Positions 9,672-18,162 of a DNA stretch of 64,000 bases are shown in pieces. The stretch covers positions 948-64,947 of the forward strand of contig JAJZDM010000004.1 of NCBI GenBank assembly GCA_021806005.1. The letters are read 5' to 3'. Made by a program: the position numbers and the translations under genes. Source of the DNA: Acidobacteriota bacterium (lineage in GTDB: Bacteria; Acidobacteriota; Terriglobia; Terriglobales; Acidobacteriaceae). Below the pieces are notes generated by a model. That model was not told the DNA's origin. It searched no databases and saw only the letters and a list, made by a program, of their open reading frames with translations. How positions within the stretch are numbered: position 1 is the stretch's first letter; the number at the start of each line of letters is the position of its first letter.

Positions 9672-10904
9672 ATGGCAGCGAGCAAGACCAAGGATTACTA
9701 CAGCACGCTTGGCGTCAAGAAGACAGCGACTGCCGATGAGATTCGCAAAGCGTTCCGGAAGCAGGCGCGGAAGTACCACCCGGATGTGAATCCCGGGGAC
9801 AAGAAGGCCGAAGAGCGATTCAAGGAGATCTCCGAGGCCAACGATGTGCTGAGTGACGAGAAGAAGCGGAAGATCTATGACCAGGTGGGCTTTTACTCGG
9901 ACAACATTGATCCGGCGACGGCCGAAGCCTATGCGCGCGGCGGCGCGGGTGCTGGCGGGTTTGAGGGCTTCTCTGGTGGCGGAGGGCGCGCGCAGGGGGT
10001 TCCGTTCGACTTTGAAGGATTTGATTTCTCCGGGTTCCAGGGTGGCGGCAAGAGTTCGGCACATCCGGAGGGTTTTGGCTCAAGCTTTCGGGATGTGTTC
10101 TCGGGGATGTTCGGGGGACGCGGACGGCAGGCTCGCGGGCCACAGCCGGGGACGGATCTGGAGTATCAGGTGGAGATCGACTTCTGGACGGGGATACGCG
10201 GCGGCGTGACGCGTCTGGAGATCCATCGCCAGGAGCCGTGTCCGACCTGCAAGGGCAAAGCGGTGACGGGCGGGAGCATGGAGTGCCCGGAGTGCCATGG
10301 GACGGGCCAGGTGACGCAGATGGGCGGGCGGATGAAGTTCAACATCCAATGTCCGCGGTGTGGCGGCAGCGGCAAGGTGCAGAACGCCTGTCCGACCTGC
10401 GCGGGGGCCGGTGTGGTGACGCGCAAGGAGCCGCTGCAGTTCAACATCAAGCCGGGAACGCGGGATGGGCAGAGGATCCGGCTGGCGGGCAAGGGGAACG
10501 CCGGCACGGAGGGTGCTCCCAATGGGGACCTTTATCTGATCATCAAGGTGGGGACGCACAAGCTCTTCCGGCGGGTGGGGGATGACATCCATATCACCGT
10601 GCCGGTGACGGCGATGGAGGCGGCTCTTGGTTCCAAGATCGAGGTGCCGACGGTAGACGGTGTGGGGACGGAGACCGGGCGAGCGACGTTGAAGATTCCA
10701 CCGGGGACGCAGACCGGGCAGAAGCTGCGGATGCGCGAGAAGGGTGTGGCGAGCGCAACACATGAGGGTCTCCGCGGAGACCAGATTGTGGAGGTGAAGA
10801 TTGTGGTGCCGCAGGTGCAGGATGAGCGATCCAAGGAGATCTTGCGCGAGTTGCAGCGGTTGAATCCCGAGGATCCGCGGGCGGAGATGCTGGCTGGAGT
10901 TTGA
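9672..10904 (+). CDS. dnaJ: Molecular chaperone DnaJ (type I Hsp40)
   Basis: J-domain DYYSTLGV...KYHPDVNPGD, a G/F-rich region, and four CxxCxGxG zinc-finger repeats (CPTCKGKA, CPECHGTG, CPRCGGSG, CPTCAGAG). Confidence 0.95.
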   Translation: MAASKTKDYYSTLGVKKTATADEIRKAFRKQARKYHPDVNPGDKKAEERFKEISEANDVLSDEKKRKIYDQVGFYSDNIDPATAEAYARGGAGAGGFEGFSGGGGRAQGVPFDFEGFDFSGFQGGGKSSAHPEGFGSSFRDVFSGMFGGRGRQARGPQPGTDLEYQVEIDFWTGIRGGVTRLEIHRQEPCPTCKGKAVTGGSMECPECHGTGQVTQMGGRMKFNIQCPRCGGSGKVQNACPTCAGAGVVTRKEPLQFNIKPGTRDGQRIRLAGKGNAGTEGAPNGDLYLIIKVGTHKLFRRVGDDIHITVPVTAMEAALGSKIEVPTVDGVGTETGRATLKIPPGTQTGQKLRMREKGVASATHEGLRGDQIVEVKIVVPQVQDERSKEILRELQRLNPEDPRAEMLAGV

Positions 10905-11135
10905 GTCTGTCGCCGAGGGGAACTCGACTTCATCCCTGCAGGCCAGCCCGCCGGGGATGCGGCTCATGGTGGAAGATGTTGATGAGTGCCGGCGGCCCTC
11001 CCGGTGACGATGGCATTTTCGGTGTTGATGGGTCTCCCGAAGCGGGCTTGCCGTGGCGTCTTCATTGGGGGAAAACGCCTATCGAAGTCGAGTCGCCCTC
11101 TACACCTACACCGAAACTGCCTTAGCAGGAGGGTT

Positions 11136-12173
11136 TCACTCCTTTGGGTTGCCGGGCAGGATGTGATGGTTGGTGAGGGCGTTGGCGTATTGAAGGAGTT
11201 CGGGGCAGAGCGCTCCGAAGCGGGCGGCCAGCCAGGCCTGGGGGCTGATGGTGATCTCCGCGCGGCCAGCGGCGACGGCGCGGTAGATGCGATTGGCTGC
11301 GTGGCGCGTGGTTACGGCAACGCCTGGAGTTCTGGCGGCGAGGTTGAACCAGCGGCGCTCGGCGTCCGCGTTGCCCCGGAAGTTGGCGTGGGCCTCCCCG
11401 CCGGTGCGCATCAGGCCCGGGCAGACGGTGGTGACGCGAATGCCTTTGTGGCGAAGCTCGGCGTGCAGCCCTTCAGAGAAGCCGACCATGGCGAACTTGG
11501 CGGCGGAGTAGGGAAGCATGTGGGGAACGGCGATCTTGCCGCCGACGCTGGCGATGTTGACGATGGCGGCGCGGCGGCTGCCGGGAGAATTGCCCTCCAG
11601 GGCCTGCTGGCGGCGCATATGGGGCAGCGCTGCCCAGGTGACATAGAGCGCGGCGAAGAAGTTCACCCGCATGGTGTGTTCGAAGATCTCCAGCGTCTGG
11701 GATTCGAGCGGGCCGACGTGGATGATGCCGGCGTTGTTGACGAGGACGTCGATGCGGCCGAAGCGGGCGATGGTCTCTGCGACCAGGCGCTCGCACTCCT
11801 CCGGCCGGGCCAGATCGGCAGCGACGAGGTGAAAGTCCCCGGGGCTGAGATGGGCAAAGCGGGTGAGGAGGTGCGCCTGGGCCTGTTGCAGCTCTTCGAG
11901 GTTGCGGGAGGCGAGCACCAGGCGGACGGGGTCCTGGGCGAAGCGAGCCGCGATGGCCAGGCCCAGGCCTCGGGAGCCTCCGGTGACAACGACGACGGGG
12001 CGGATGCCGCCGCGGTTCGATGCTCCGGCCCAGTCCCTGCGGGAGCGCAGGGCGCGGACGACCAGCACGGCAGCTCCGGTGGCGGCGACGGCGGTGGCCA
12101 CGGCGGCGACTGCGGCGCCGGTGACCGTGACGGTGGTGGCGGTGGCGAGGGTGGTGAGGCTGAGGCGGCTCAT
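11136..12173 (-). CDS. SDR-family oxidoreductase with Ala/Thr/Val-rich hydrophobic N-terminal extension
   Basis: Internal ATG at 12173 of ORF 11136-12764. VVVTGGSRGLG Rossmann motif, NNAG, and YSAAK catalytic motif. Confidence 0.85.
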   Translation of the reverse strand: MSRLSLTTLATATTVTVTGAAVAAVATAVAATGAAVLVVRALRSRRDWAGASNRGGIRPVVVVTGGSRGLGLAIAARFAQDPVRLVLASRNLEELQQAQAHLLTRFAHLSPGDFHLVAADLARPEECERLVAETIARFGRIDVLVNNAGIIHVGPLESQTLEIFEHTMRVNFFAALYVTWAALPHMRRQQALEGNSPGSRRAAIVNIASVGGKIAVPHMLPYSAAKFAMVGFSEGLHAELRHKGIRVTTVCPGLMRTGGEAHANFRGNADAERRWFNLAARTPGVAVTTRHAANRIYRAVAAGRAEITISPQAWLAARFGALCPELLQYANALTNHHILPGNPKE

Positions 12174-12254
12174 ATGTGGATTATTTGATGCCGGGTGGCG
12201 GGTCGACGTCCAGTGATTGTCCATAGATGGGAGAAAGGCGATATTCTTCAGGCG

Positions 12255-12632
12255 ATGGCAACGAAACGGAAGTCCAAAGGCGCGTACATGATCTCGGCGG
12301 TGGCTGAGATGTATGGGATTCATCCGCAGACGCTGCGGCTTTATGAGCGGGAGGGGCTGCTGCGGCCATCGCGGTCCGATGGAAACACCCGGCTGTACAC
12401 GGATGAGGATCTGGAGCGGCTGGAGTTCATCCTGAGCCTGGCGCGGGATATGGGTGTGAATATGGCGGGTATCGCCCTGGTGCTGCAGATGCGCGAGCGC
12501 ATGGAGGAGATGACCCGGCAGATGCAGGGGTTTGTGGAGTACGTGAGGACAGAGATGCTGACGCGCATGCAGCAGGAGGCTCCGCAGCCGGGGCTGGTGC
12601 CGTTGCGCAAGCGGCCAGGCGGCAGGACATAG
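12255..12632 (+). CDS. hspR: MerR-family transcriptional regulator, HspR-like heat-shock repressor
   Basis: YMISAVAEMYGIHPQTLRLYEREGLLRPSRSDGNTRLYTDEDLERLEFILSLARDMGVNMAGI matches the HspR-type MerR HTH as I remember it. ATG at 12255; an upstream GTG at 12195 is also possible. Confidence 0.65.
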   Translation: MATKRKSKGAYMISAVAEMYGIHPQTLRLYEREGLLRPSRSDGNTRLYTDEDLERLEFILSLARDMGVNMAGIALVLQMRERMEEMTRQMQGFVEYVRTEMLTRMQQEAPQPGLVPLRKRPGGRT

Positions 12633-12842
12633 CGGCGCGGGGCCGGGTTGTTGCATAGACGAGTTTCGAGGGCATCTTCGGTGCGGACGGGTGCGCCCGG
12701 AGAGGCTTGCCGGGGCATTCGCCTTTGGCCTGGGCGCCCCAAAGGGGCAGGCAGCGCCTTCCATTTACACTGAAGATGCTTTGGCGCCGGCTGGATGTGG
12801 GCTGCCGGCGATTCTGGCGCTACTTTCTTCTGGCATGGTGCG

Positions 12843-14027
12843 ATGAGGTTTTTGGTTCAGCTCTTGTTCTGGGTGGCGGCCGTGGGTTCAGTCACCTCCT
12901 CGATTTACTGCCTGATGGTGATGGCGGCGGCGGCGCGGTTTTGGCTGCGCAAGCGCCGCGAGGAGAGCGCTCCGGCGGATTTTTTGCCCGCGGTGAGTAT
13001 GCTGAAGCCGCTGCATGGGACGGAAGAGGGGATGGAGCAGAATATCGCTTCCTTCTTCGAGCAGGAGTATCCGGGGGAGTGGGAGCTTCTGTTTTGCGCG
13101 CGGCAGGAGAGCGATGAGGGGTTGCAACTGGCGCGGACAGTAGGGCAGCGGTACCCGAAGGTGGTGGCGCGATACGTTACGTGCGGCGAGCCGACGCCCC
13201 AGTTTCATAATGCAAAGGTTTATTCGCTGGCCAGGATGGATTCGGTGGCCAGCAACGATCTGTATGTAACCAGTGACGCCGATGTGCGGGTGGGCAGGGA
13301 CTATCTGCTGCGCATGGTACAGACGCTGAAGGATCCAAAGATGGGTCTGGCGAGCTGTATTTACCTGGGGACGGCGCACCCGGGGGCTGGGCTGGCCTCG
13401 CAACTGGATGCGGTAGGCAAGAGCGTGGAGATGAGCTCCGGGGTGCTGGTGGCGGACATGCTGGAAGGAACGAAGTTTGCCCTGGGCGCCACCATGGCCG
13501 TGCGTAAGCGGTGCTTTCAGGATGTAGGCGGGTTCCAGGAGCTGGGGCAGTTCTATGCCGACGATTTTGTGATTGGAAACCGGTTGGCGGCGCAGGGGAC
13601 GGGGGTGCGGATGGCGACCTATGTGATCCGGCTGATGGTGCAGGATTCACCGTTTGCTCTGAGCTTCCGGAACCAGTTGCGCTGGATGCAGAGCACGCGA
13701 CGCTCCCGTCCCTGGGGGCACCTGGGCAGCGGGCTGACGTTTGCCATGCCGTTTGGTTTGCTGGGCCTGGCGTGGGGTCTGCTGAGTGGACATGCGCTGC
13801 TCGGGGTTCTGTGGCTGGCGGCGATGGTGGCCAACCGGTGGTTGCAGGCGGGGATGATCCTGGGAGCGATGGGGGATCCGGACCTGATCTACAACACGAT
13901 GATCTACCCGTTGCGGGATCTGTTGGGAAGCACGCTCTGGCTGCGTAGTTACGGCGGAGAGAACTTTTACTATCGAGGGAAGACCTACAAGCTGAAGCAC
14001 GGCGGACGGGTGGAGAACAAAGGTTAG
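12843..14027 (+). CDS. Glycosyltransferase, ceramide-glucosyltransferase / HpnI-like (GT21/GT2 clan)
   Basis: PAVSMLKPLHG...EYPGEWELLF...SDADVRV...GATMAVRK...YADDFVIG...LRWMQSTR pattern with N- and C-terminal TM segments. ATG at 12843. Confidence 0.65.
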   Translation: MRFLVQLLFWVAAVGSVTSSIYCLMVMAAAARFWLRKRREESAPADFLPAVSMLKPLHGTEEGMEQNIASFFEQEYPGEWELLFCARQESDEGLQLARTVGQRYPKVVARYVTCGEPTPQFHNAKVYSLARMDSVASNDLYVTSDADVRVGRDYLLRMVQTLKDPKMGLASCIYLGTAHPGAGLASQLDAVGKSVEMSSGVLVADMLEGTKFALGATMAVRKRCFQDVGGFQELGQFYADDFVIGNRLAAQGTGVRMATYVIRLMVQDSPFALSFRNQLRWMQSTRRSRPWGHLGSGLTFAMPFGLLGLAWGLLSGHALLGVLWLAAMVANRWLQAGMILGAMGDPDLIYNTMIYPLRDLLGSTLWLRSYGGENFYYRGKTYKLKHGGRVENKG

Positions 14028-14239
14028 GCAGTCCGGCCGGCTGGAGCTTCTTTTTCTCTGGGGGCGAGACGCGGGGCGCGACCTGAAGGAGATCGCCTTA
14101 CCTCGGCTGGCGTTCACAGGCCGCCTGATGGCGGGCAGCCGACCGGCAAAGGTCCTCCCCCTGGCCGCTTGATGGCTCCAAGCCGGCGGCGGCTCATGAG
14201 GATGCAGGAGGAGTTCCTTGCGCTGGTCGAGCTGAGACG

Positions 14240-15229
14240 CTACACCGTGATAACAACCTTGCCGATCTGGGCGTTGGACTCCAGGTAGCGATAGGCTTCG
14301 GCGGACTGCTCCAGGGGAAACGTCCTGGCAATCTTCGGAACGAACCTGCCATCCTCCAGCCGCTCGCGGGTGTAGGCCAGCGCCTGGTCGAGCACGCTTC
14401 GATTGCCGTGGAGCTCCATCAGGGAGTAGCCGCGCAGGCTGATAGCCTTGCCGATGCCGAGAGAGGTTGGGTAAATGGTGGGCTGCATCGAAAGTAATCC
14501 GTAGAGGAAGATTGTTCCTCCGGGAGCGACGGCCGCAGCCAGCGTTTCAACGTAGGGTCCGCCGACCGGATCAAAGATGATGCGTGCGCCCTTGCCCCCG
14601 CTGATCTGGAGCACGCGTGCGGGAAGATCCTCTTCTTCCGTAGCGATGACATGGTCTGCTCGCAGCGCGAGCAGTTGCTGCCGCTTGGCGCTGGTGCGGG
14701 TGGCGGCGATGGCGGTGGCGCCGGCGTCTTTGACGATCTGGATGGCCGCCAGACCGACGCTGCTGGAGGCAGCCGGAATCACGACAAAGTCGCCCTGGGT
14801 GACGTGCCCAAGATGGACCAGAGCGCCCCATGCGGTGAGGTATTGCATCCAGATTGCAGCACCCTGGGTGGGCGAGAGCGCGGCCGGGTACTCGGCAACC
14901 GAGGAGGCGGGAACGATCGCTTCGTCGCCCAGCACTCCATATCGGTTCTGGGAGAAGCCGGGGATGGTGGCTACGCGCCTGCCGACCAGGCTGGGGTCGA
15001 CGCCCGGGCCGACGGCTTCAACGACGCCTGCAGCCTCGTAACCGATTCTGGAGGGAAGCTCGGGCTGTTCAAAGTAGAAGCCGCGCATGTAGAGAGCCTC
15101 GGCACGATTCAGGCCGGTGGCCTGCACGCGAAGTTTCAGCTCTTTTGCTCCGGGCTGCCTGGAGGCTGCATCCTCGATGCGGAGGTTGTCGGGTCCGCCG
15201 AGTTCATGGAAACGAACGATTCTGGGCAT
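14240..15229 (-). CDS. Zinc-type alcohol dehydrogenase-like / NADPH:quinone oxidoreductase (MDR family)
   Basis: MPRIVRFHELGGPDNLRIED...; AASSSVGLAAIQI nucleotide-binding region. The start at 15229 is chosen by homology-like N-terminus; the ATG at 15250 is an alternative. Confidence 0.8.
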   Translation of the reverse strand: MPRIVRFHELGGPDNLRIEDAASRQPGAKELKLRVQATGLNRAEALYMRGFYFEQPELPSRIGYEAAGVVEAVGPGVDPSLVGRRVATIPGFSQNRYGVLGDEAIVPASSVAEYPAALSPTQGAAIWMQYLTAWGALVHLGHVTQGDFVVIPAASSSVGLAAIQIVKDAGATAIAATRTSAKRQQLLALRADHVIATEEEDLPARVLQISGGKGARIIFDPVGGPYVETLAAAVAPGGTIFLYGLLSMQPTIYPTSLGIGKAISLRGYSLMELHGNRSVLDQALAYTRERLEDGRFVPKIARTFPLEQSAEAYRYLESNAQIGKVVITV

Positions 15230-15487
15230 ATCTCTGTTCCTCTTCAGCATTCGATGTTCGAGAGTTCGGGAGGATTCCGGCAGAAGAGGACTCTGCCCTG
15301 CCGGTAGCGGTTTAACGGATGGTTGCAACAGACTCATGCCCGTACACGCTGCTTCTTCCCGGTTCTGTCAGGTTCTCGGGACTCCCGAAGTTGTTAGACT
15401 TGACCCATTGGCTGGCGCGTGAGGTGGGGCGCGTTCAAGGCGATGCCAGAGGCATGGATGAATTCCGAATAGAGTGGATCGATTGAG

Positions 15488-17356
15488 ATGAACATTGCGC
15501 GTGCCTGGTTTGCAGTGGCAGTGGTGGGTGGATGGCTGGCGTTCAACTCCGTGCCGGTGAAGGCCGGAACTCCGGCGGCAACGGATGGCCTGGATTCTAC
15601 GATGCAGCCTGGATCGAGGGTAGTCGTCTCGGCAGAACCGCCTGTATCGCGGCCGTCCACGACGCCATGTGCCGTGAAGCTGTTGCGGCAGGAGACCTTT
15701 GACGACCATGGCGATGGGTCTTCGATGGTGGCTCATTCGCACCGGTTCGAGTTTGCCCCTCCTCACGGATGTTCCGGCGCATGGGCGAAGGTTGTGCTGG
15801 TGATGGACTTTGCGGTTCCTGCCGGGCGGCAGTTTGACCGCACGGCCTCGCTGTGGCTCGGAGGGGTGAATCTGTACTTCGGGACGACCATGGAGCCGGA
15901 GCCGGATCTGGCCCAGCACTGGCATGTGGAGCGTGACCTGACCGACTACTCCGCTCTGTTCAGGAAGGCGCAGGCGGGACAGATCATTCTGAACAACTGG
16001 ATCAGCCCAACGACGAACCGGCCGATCTACGTGACGGCCACGCTGCTGTTCTACCCGGTGAAGCCCGGCCAGCCAGCGCCAACGGTGGCTGATCGCGTGC
16101 TGCCTATGAGCACGGACCCGGCGGGAGAGCAGCCGGTGCTGCAGACGCCGGACGAGGTGTTTTCACGCCGGTTTACCCTGCCGCGTAACATCGAACGCGC
16201 CTCACTGGACGTGATTGCCCAGAGCCAGGCGCACGATGAACGCTGGTACACGTGCGTGGACAAGCGTTACCTGGAGGAGACGCGCGATTACTCGCTGGAG
16301 GCGTTCGAGGCGTGCGATGGCGGCAGCTTTCGCGGTGTGGAGGTGCTGGTGGATGGAAGGCCGGCCGGGCTGGCGCCGGTCTATCCGTGGATCTTTGCCG
16401 GTGGAATCGGCCCACACCTCTGGCTGCCGACGCCGGGAATCCAGACGACCAGCGCGCTGCCGTTCCGGGTGGATCTGACGCCATTCGCCGGGGTGCTGGA
16501 TGACGGCCAGCCGCATTCGATCGGAGTGCGCGTCCTGGGTGCGGATCATTTCTTCAATGTGGCGGCGAATCTGCTGGTCTATCAAGAGCCTCTCAGCCAG
16601 GATCCTGGCGGTGCACCGCTAAGCGGAGCAGTGCTTGAGGATACTCTGGGCACGACGCAGCCTGCAGGCCTGACGGTACGGAGTACCCTCCATGCCGATG
16701 CAAGCGGACGGACCGTGGGTACGCTCCAGACGCATGGAACAGAGACCTATCTGGTTCGTGGCGTACTGCGAACGCCGCGCGGGAGCCTGGTAACGACTGT
16801 CCACTATGAAGAGCAGTTCCTGAACGATCAGACCTTTCTCCGGCCAGGGGCGAAGCGATACGACCAACTGATCCGGCAGAGTGCGGTCACCTCGATGAAC
16901 GTCGAGCGCGACCTCAACGGACGGGTAATGGATAGCTTTGCACTCCATGAGTGGGATCCCGTGAGCCTGATCGTGCACAAGACCATGGTGACCAGGGACC
17001 AGGACTTCCATGCAAACGTGTCGGTATGGCAAGGGCATCGGATTTTAGTGGATCGGACCGCGACCCCGGGGGGAAGCTACCATGCCGCGCTGGACGAGAA
17101 TCTGAAGACGAGCGATCTGGAGTACGGCAAGACGATCTCGCCTCCGCTGGATGGGAGCAAGTTTGATCACCAGGAGTCCGGAGAGGAGACGGTGCAGTTC
17201 AGGGACTCCCTCGGGAGTTGCTACGCGGCGCAGGTCCAGTCGCAAGAAGAAAGGCTCACAGGAGTCCGCGAAGGGGTGAACTGCCCAGGCGGCAGCAATC
17301 ATCTGGAGAGCCGTTCGCGCCCCGACGATCCCTGGCTGATGCCGCTGGTTCCGTAG
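15488..17356 (+). CDS. Secreted peptide-N4-(N-acetyl-beta-glucosaminyl)asparagine amidase A (PNGase A/H+)-like protein
   Basis: Signal peptide MNIARAWFAVAVVGGWLAFNSVPVKA. FDRTASLWLGGVNLYFGTTMEP and the C-rich N-terminal domain resemble the PNGase A family (from memory, not searched). Confidence 0.55.
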   Translation: MNIARAWFAVAVVGGWLAFNSVPVKAGTPAATDGLDSTMQPGSRVVVSAEPPVSRPSTTPCAVKLLRQETFDDHGDGSSMVAHSHRFEFAPPHGCSGAWAKVVLVMDFAVPAGRQFDRTASLWLGGVNLYFGTTMEPEPDLAQHWHVERDLTDYSALFRKAQAGQIILNNWISPTTNRPIYVTATLLFYPVKPGQPAPTVADRVLPMSTDPAGEQPVLQTPDEVFSRRFTLPRNIERASLDVIAQSQAHDERWYTCVDKRYLEETRDYSLEAFEACDGGSFRGVEVLVDGRPAGLAPVYPWIFAGGIGPHLWLPTPGIQTTSALPFRVDLTPFAGVLDDGQPHSIGVRVLGADHFFNVAANLLVYQEPLSQDPGGAPLSGAVLEDTLGTTQPAGLTVRSTLHADASGRTVGTLQTHGTETYLVRGVLRTPRGSLVTTVHYEEQFLNDQTFLRPGAKRYDQLIRQSAVTSMNVERDLNGRVMDSFALHEWDPVSLIVHKTMVTRDQDFHANVSVWQGHRILVDRTATPGGSYHAALDENLKTSDLEYGKTISPPLDGSKFDHQESGEETVQFRDSLGSCYAAQVQSQEERLTGVREGVNCPGGSNHLESRSRPDDPWLMPLVP

Positions 17357-17422
17357 GGCGATTGCGTGGAGCCCCGGCAGCATCAGGTTCGGAGCGATGC
17401 AGGGATGGTGTGCCGCAGGCAC

Positions 17423-18025
17423 TCAGGCGGTTTTCCACTTGATGTTGCAGCCGATGCTGGAGCGCTGCTCGATGCTGGGCTCCCGGCCGGCGATGACGGC
17501 CTGGATGGCTGCGCGCAGGTCCTTGCCGGTGACAGGAATATCGTTGCCGAAGCCATTGCGGCGGGGACGGCTGTCATCAAGTTGCCCGCGGTAGACCAGA
17601 CGGCGATGGGCATCGAAGAGGAAGAAGTCCGGCGTGCAGGCCGCGTGATAGGCGCGCGCGACATCCTGCGAGGAGTCCAGCAGATAGGGGAACGGCCAGC
17701 CGAGGCGCAGGGCCTGTTCCCGCATGAGTTCGGGTGCATCCTCGGGATACTGCTCGATGTCATTGGACTGGATGGCTGCCATGGCGATGGGCCCCTCGCC
17801 GGCCGGGCCGAAGAAATCGCGACCGACAAGCGCAAGTTCATGTTCCACGTGTTTTACGTAGGGGCAGTGAACGCACACAAACATTACCAGCAGCCCTAGC
17901 CTATTAACCGATCCCGCATTTAGGATGTCATCAAGACTCAGGGTGGTACCGGTGACAACGTTCTGCAGGCGAAAGTCTGGGGCAATCATACCCAGTGGCG
18001 CCATAGCGGACTCCGTGCGGCTCAT
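17423..18025 (-). CDS. Thioredoxin-fold redoxin (AhpC/TSA-like thiol-disulfide oxidoreductase)
   Basis: 200 aa. APDFRL...LLVMFVCVHCPYVKH CxxC motif in a redoxin context. Confidence 0.75.
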   Translation of the reverse strand: MSRTESAMAPLGMIAPDFRLQNVVTGTTLSLDDILNAGSVNRLGLLVMFVCVHCPYVKHVEHELALVGRDFFGPAGEGPIAMAAIQSNDIEQYPEDAPELMREQALRLGWPFPYLLDSSQDVARAYHAACTPDFFLFDAHRRLVYRGQLDDSRPRRNGFGNDIPVTGKDLRAAIQAVIAGREPSIEQRSSIGCNIKWKTA

Positions 18026-18162
18026 AACGACCTCCCATCGACATCATAGCGTCCAGTTACTTTGGGTGAAGTTTACCGTCTCGCCATTATCCCCGCGACC
18101 GGTGATACCGTAACATGACCTCACTCCGACTTGGATTTTTCCCCGATCCTGCTTGAGGTCTG

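Noticed and set aside
10986-12188. 400-aa plus-strand ORF
   Set aside because: It is antisense to the SDR gene 11136-12173 and is Gly/Ala/Asp low-complexity sequence.
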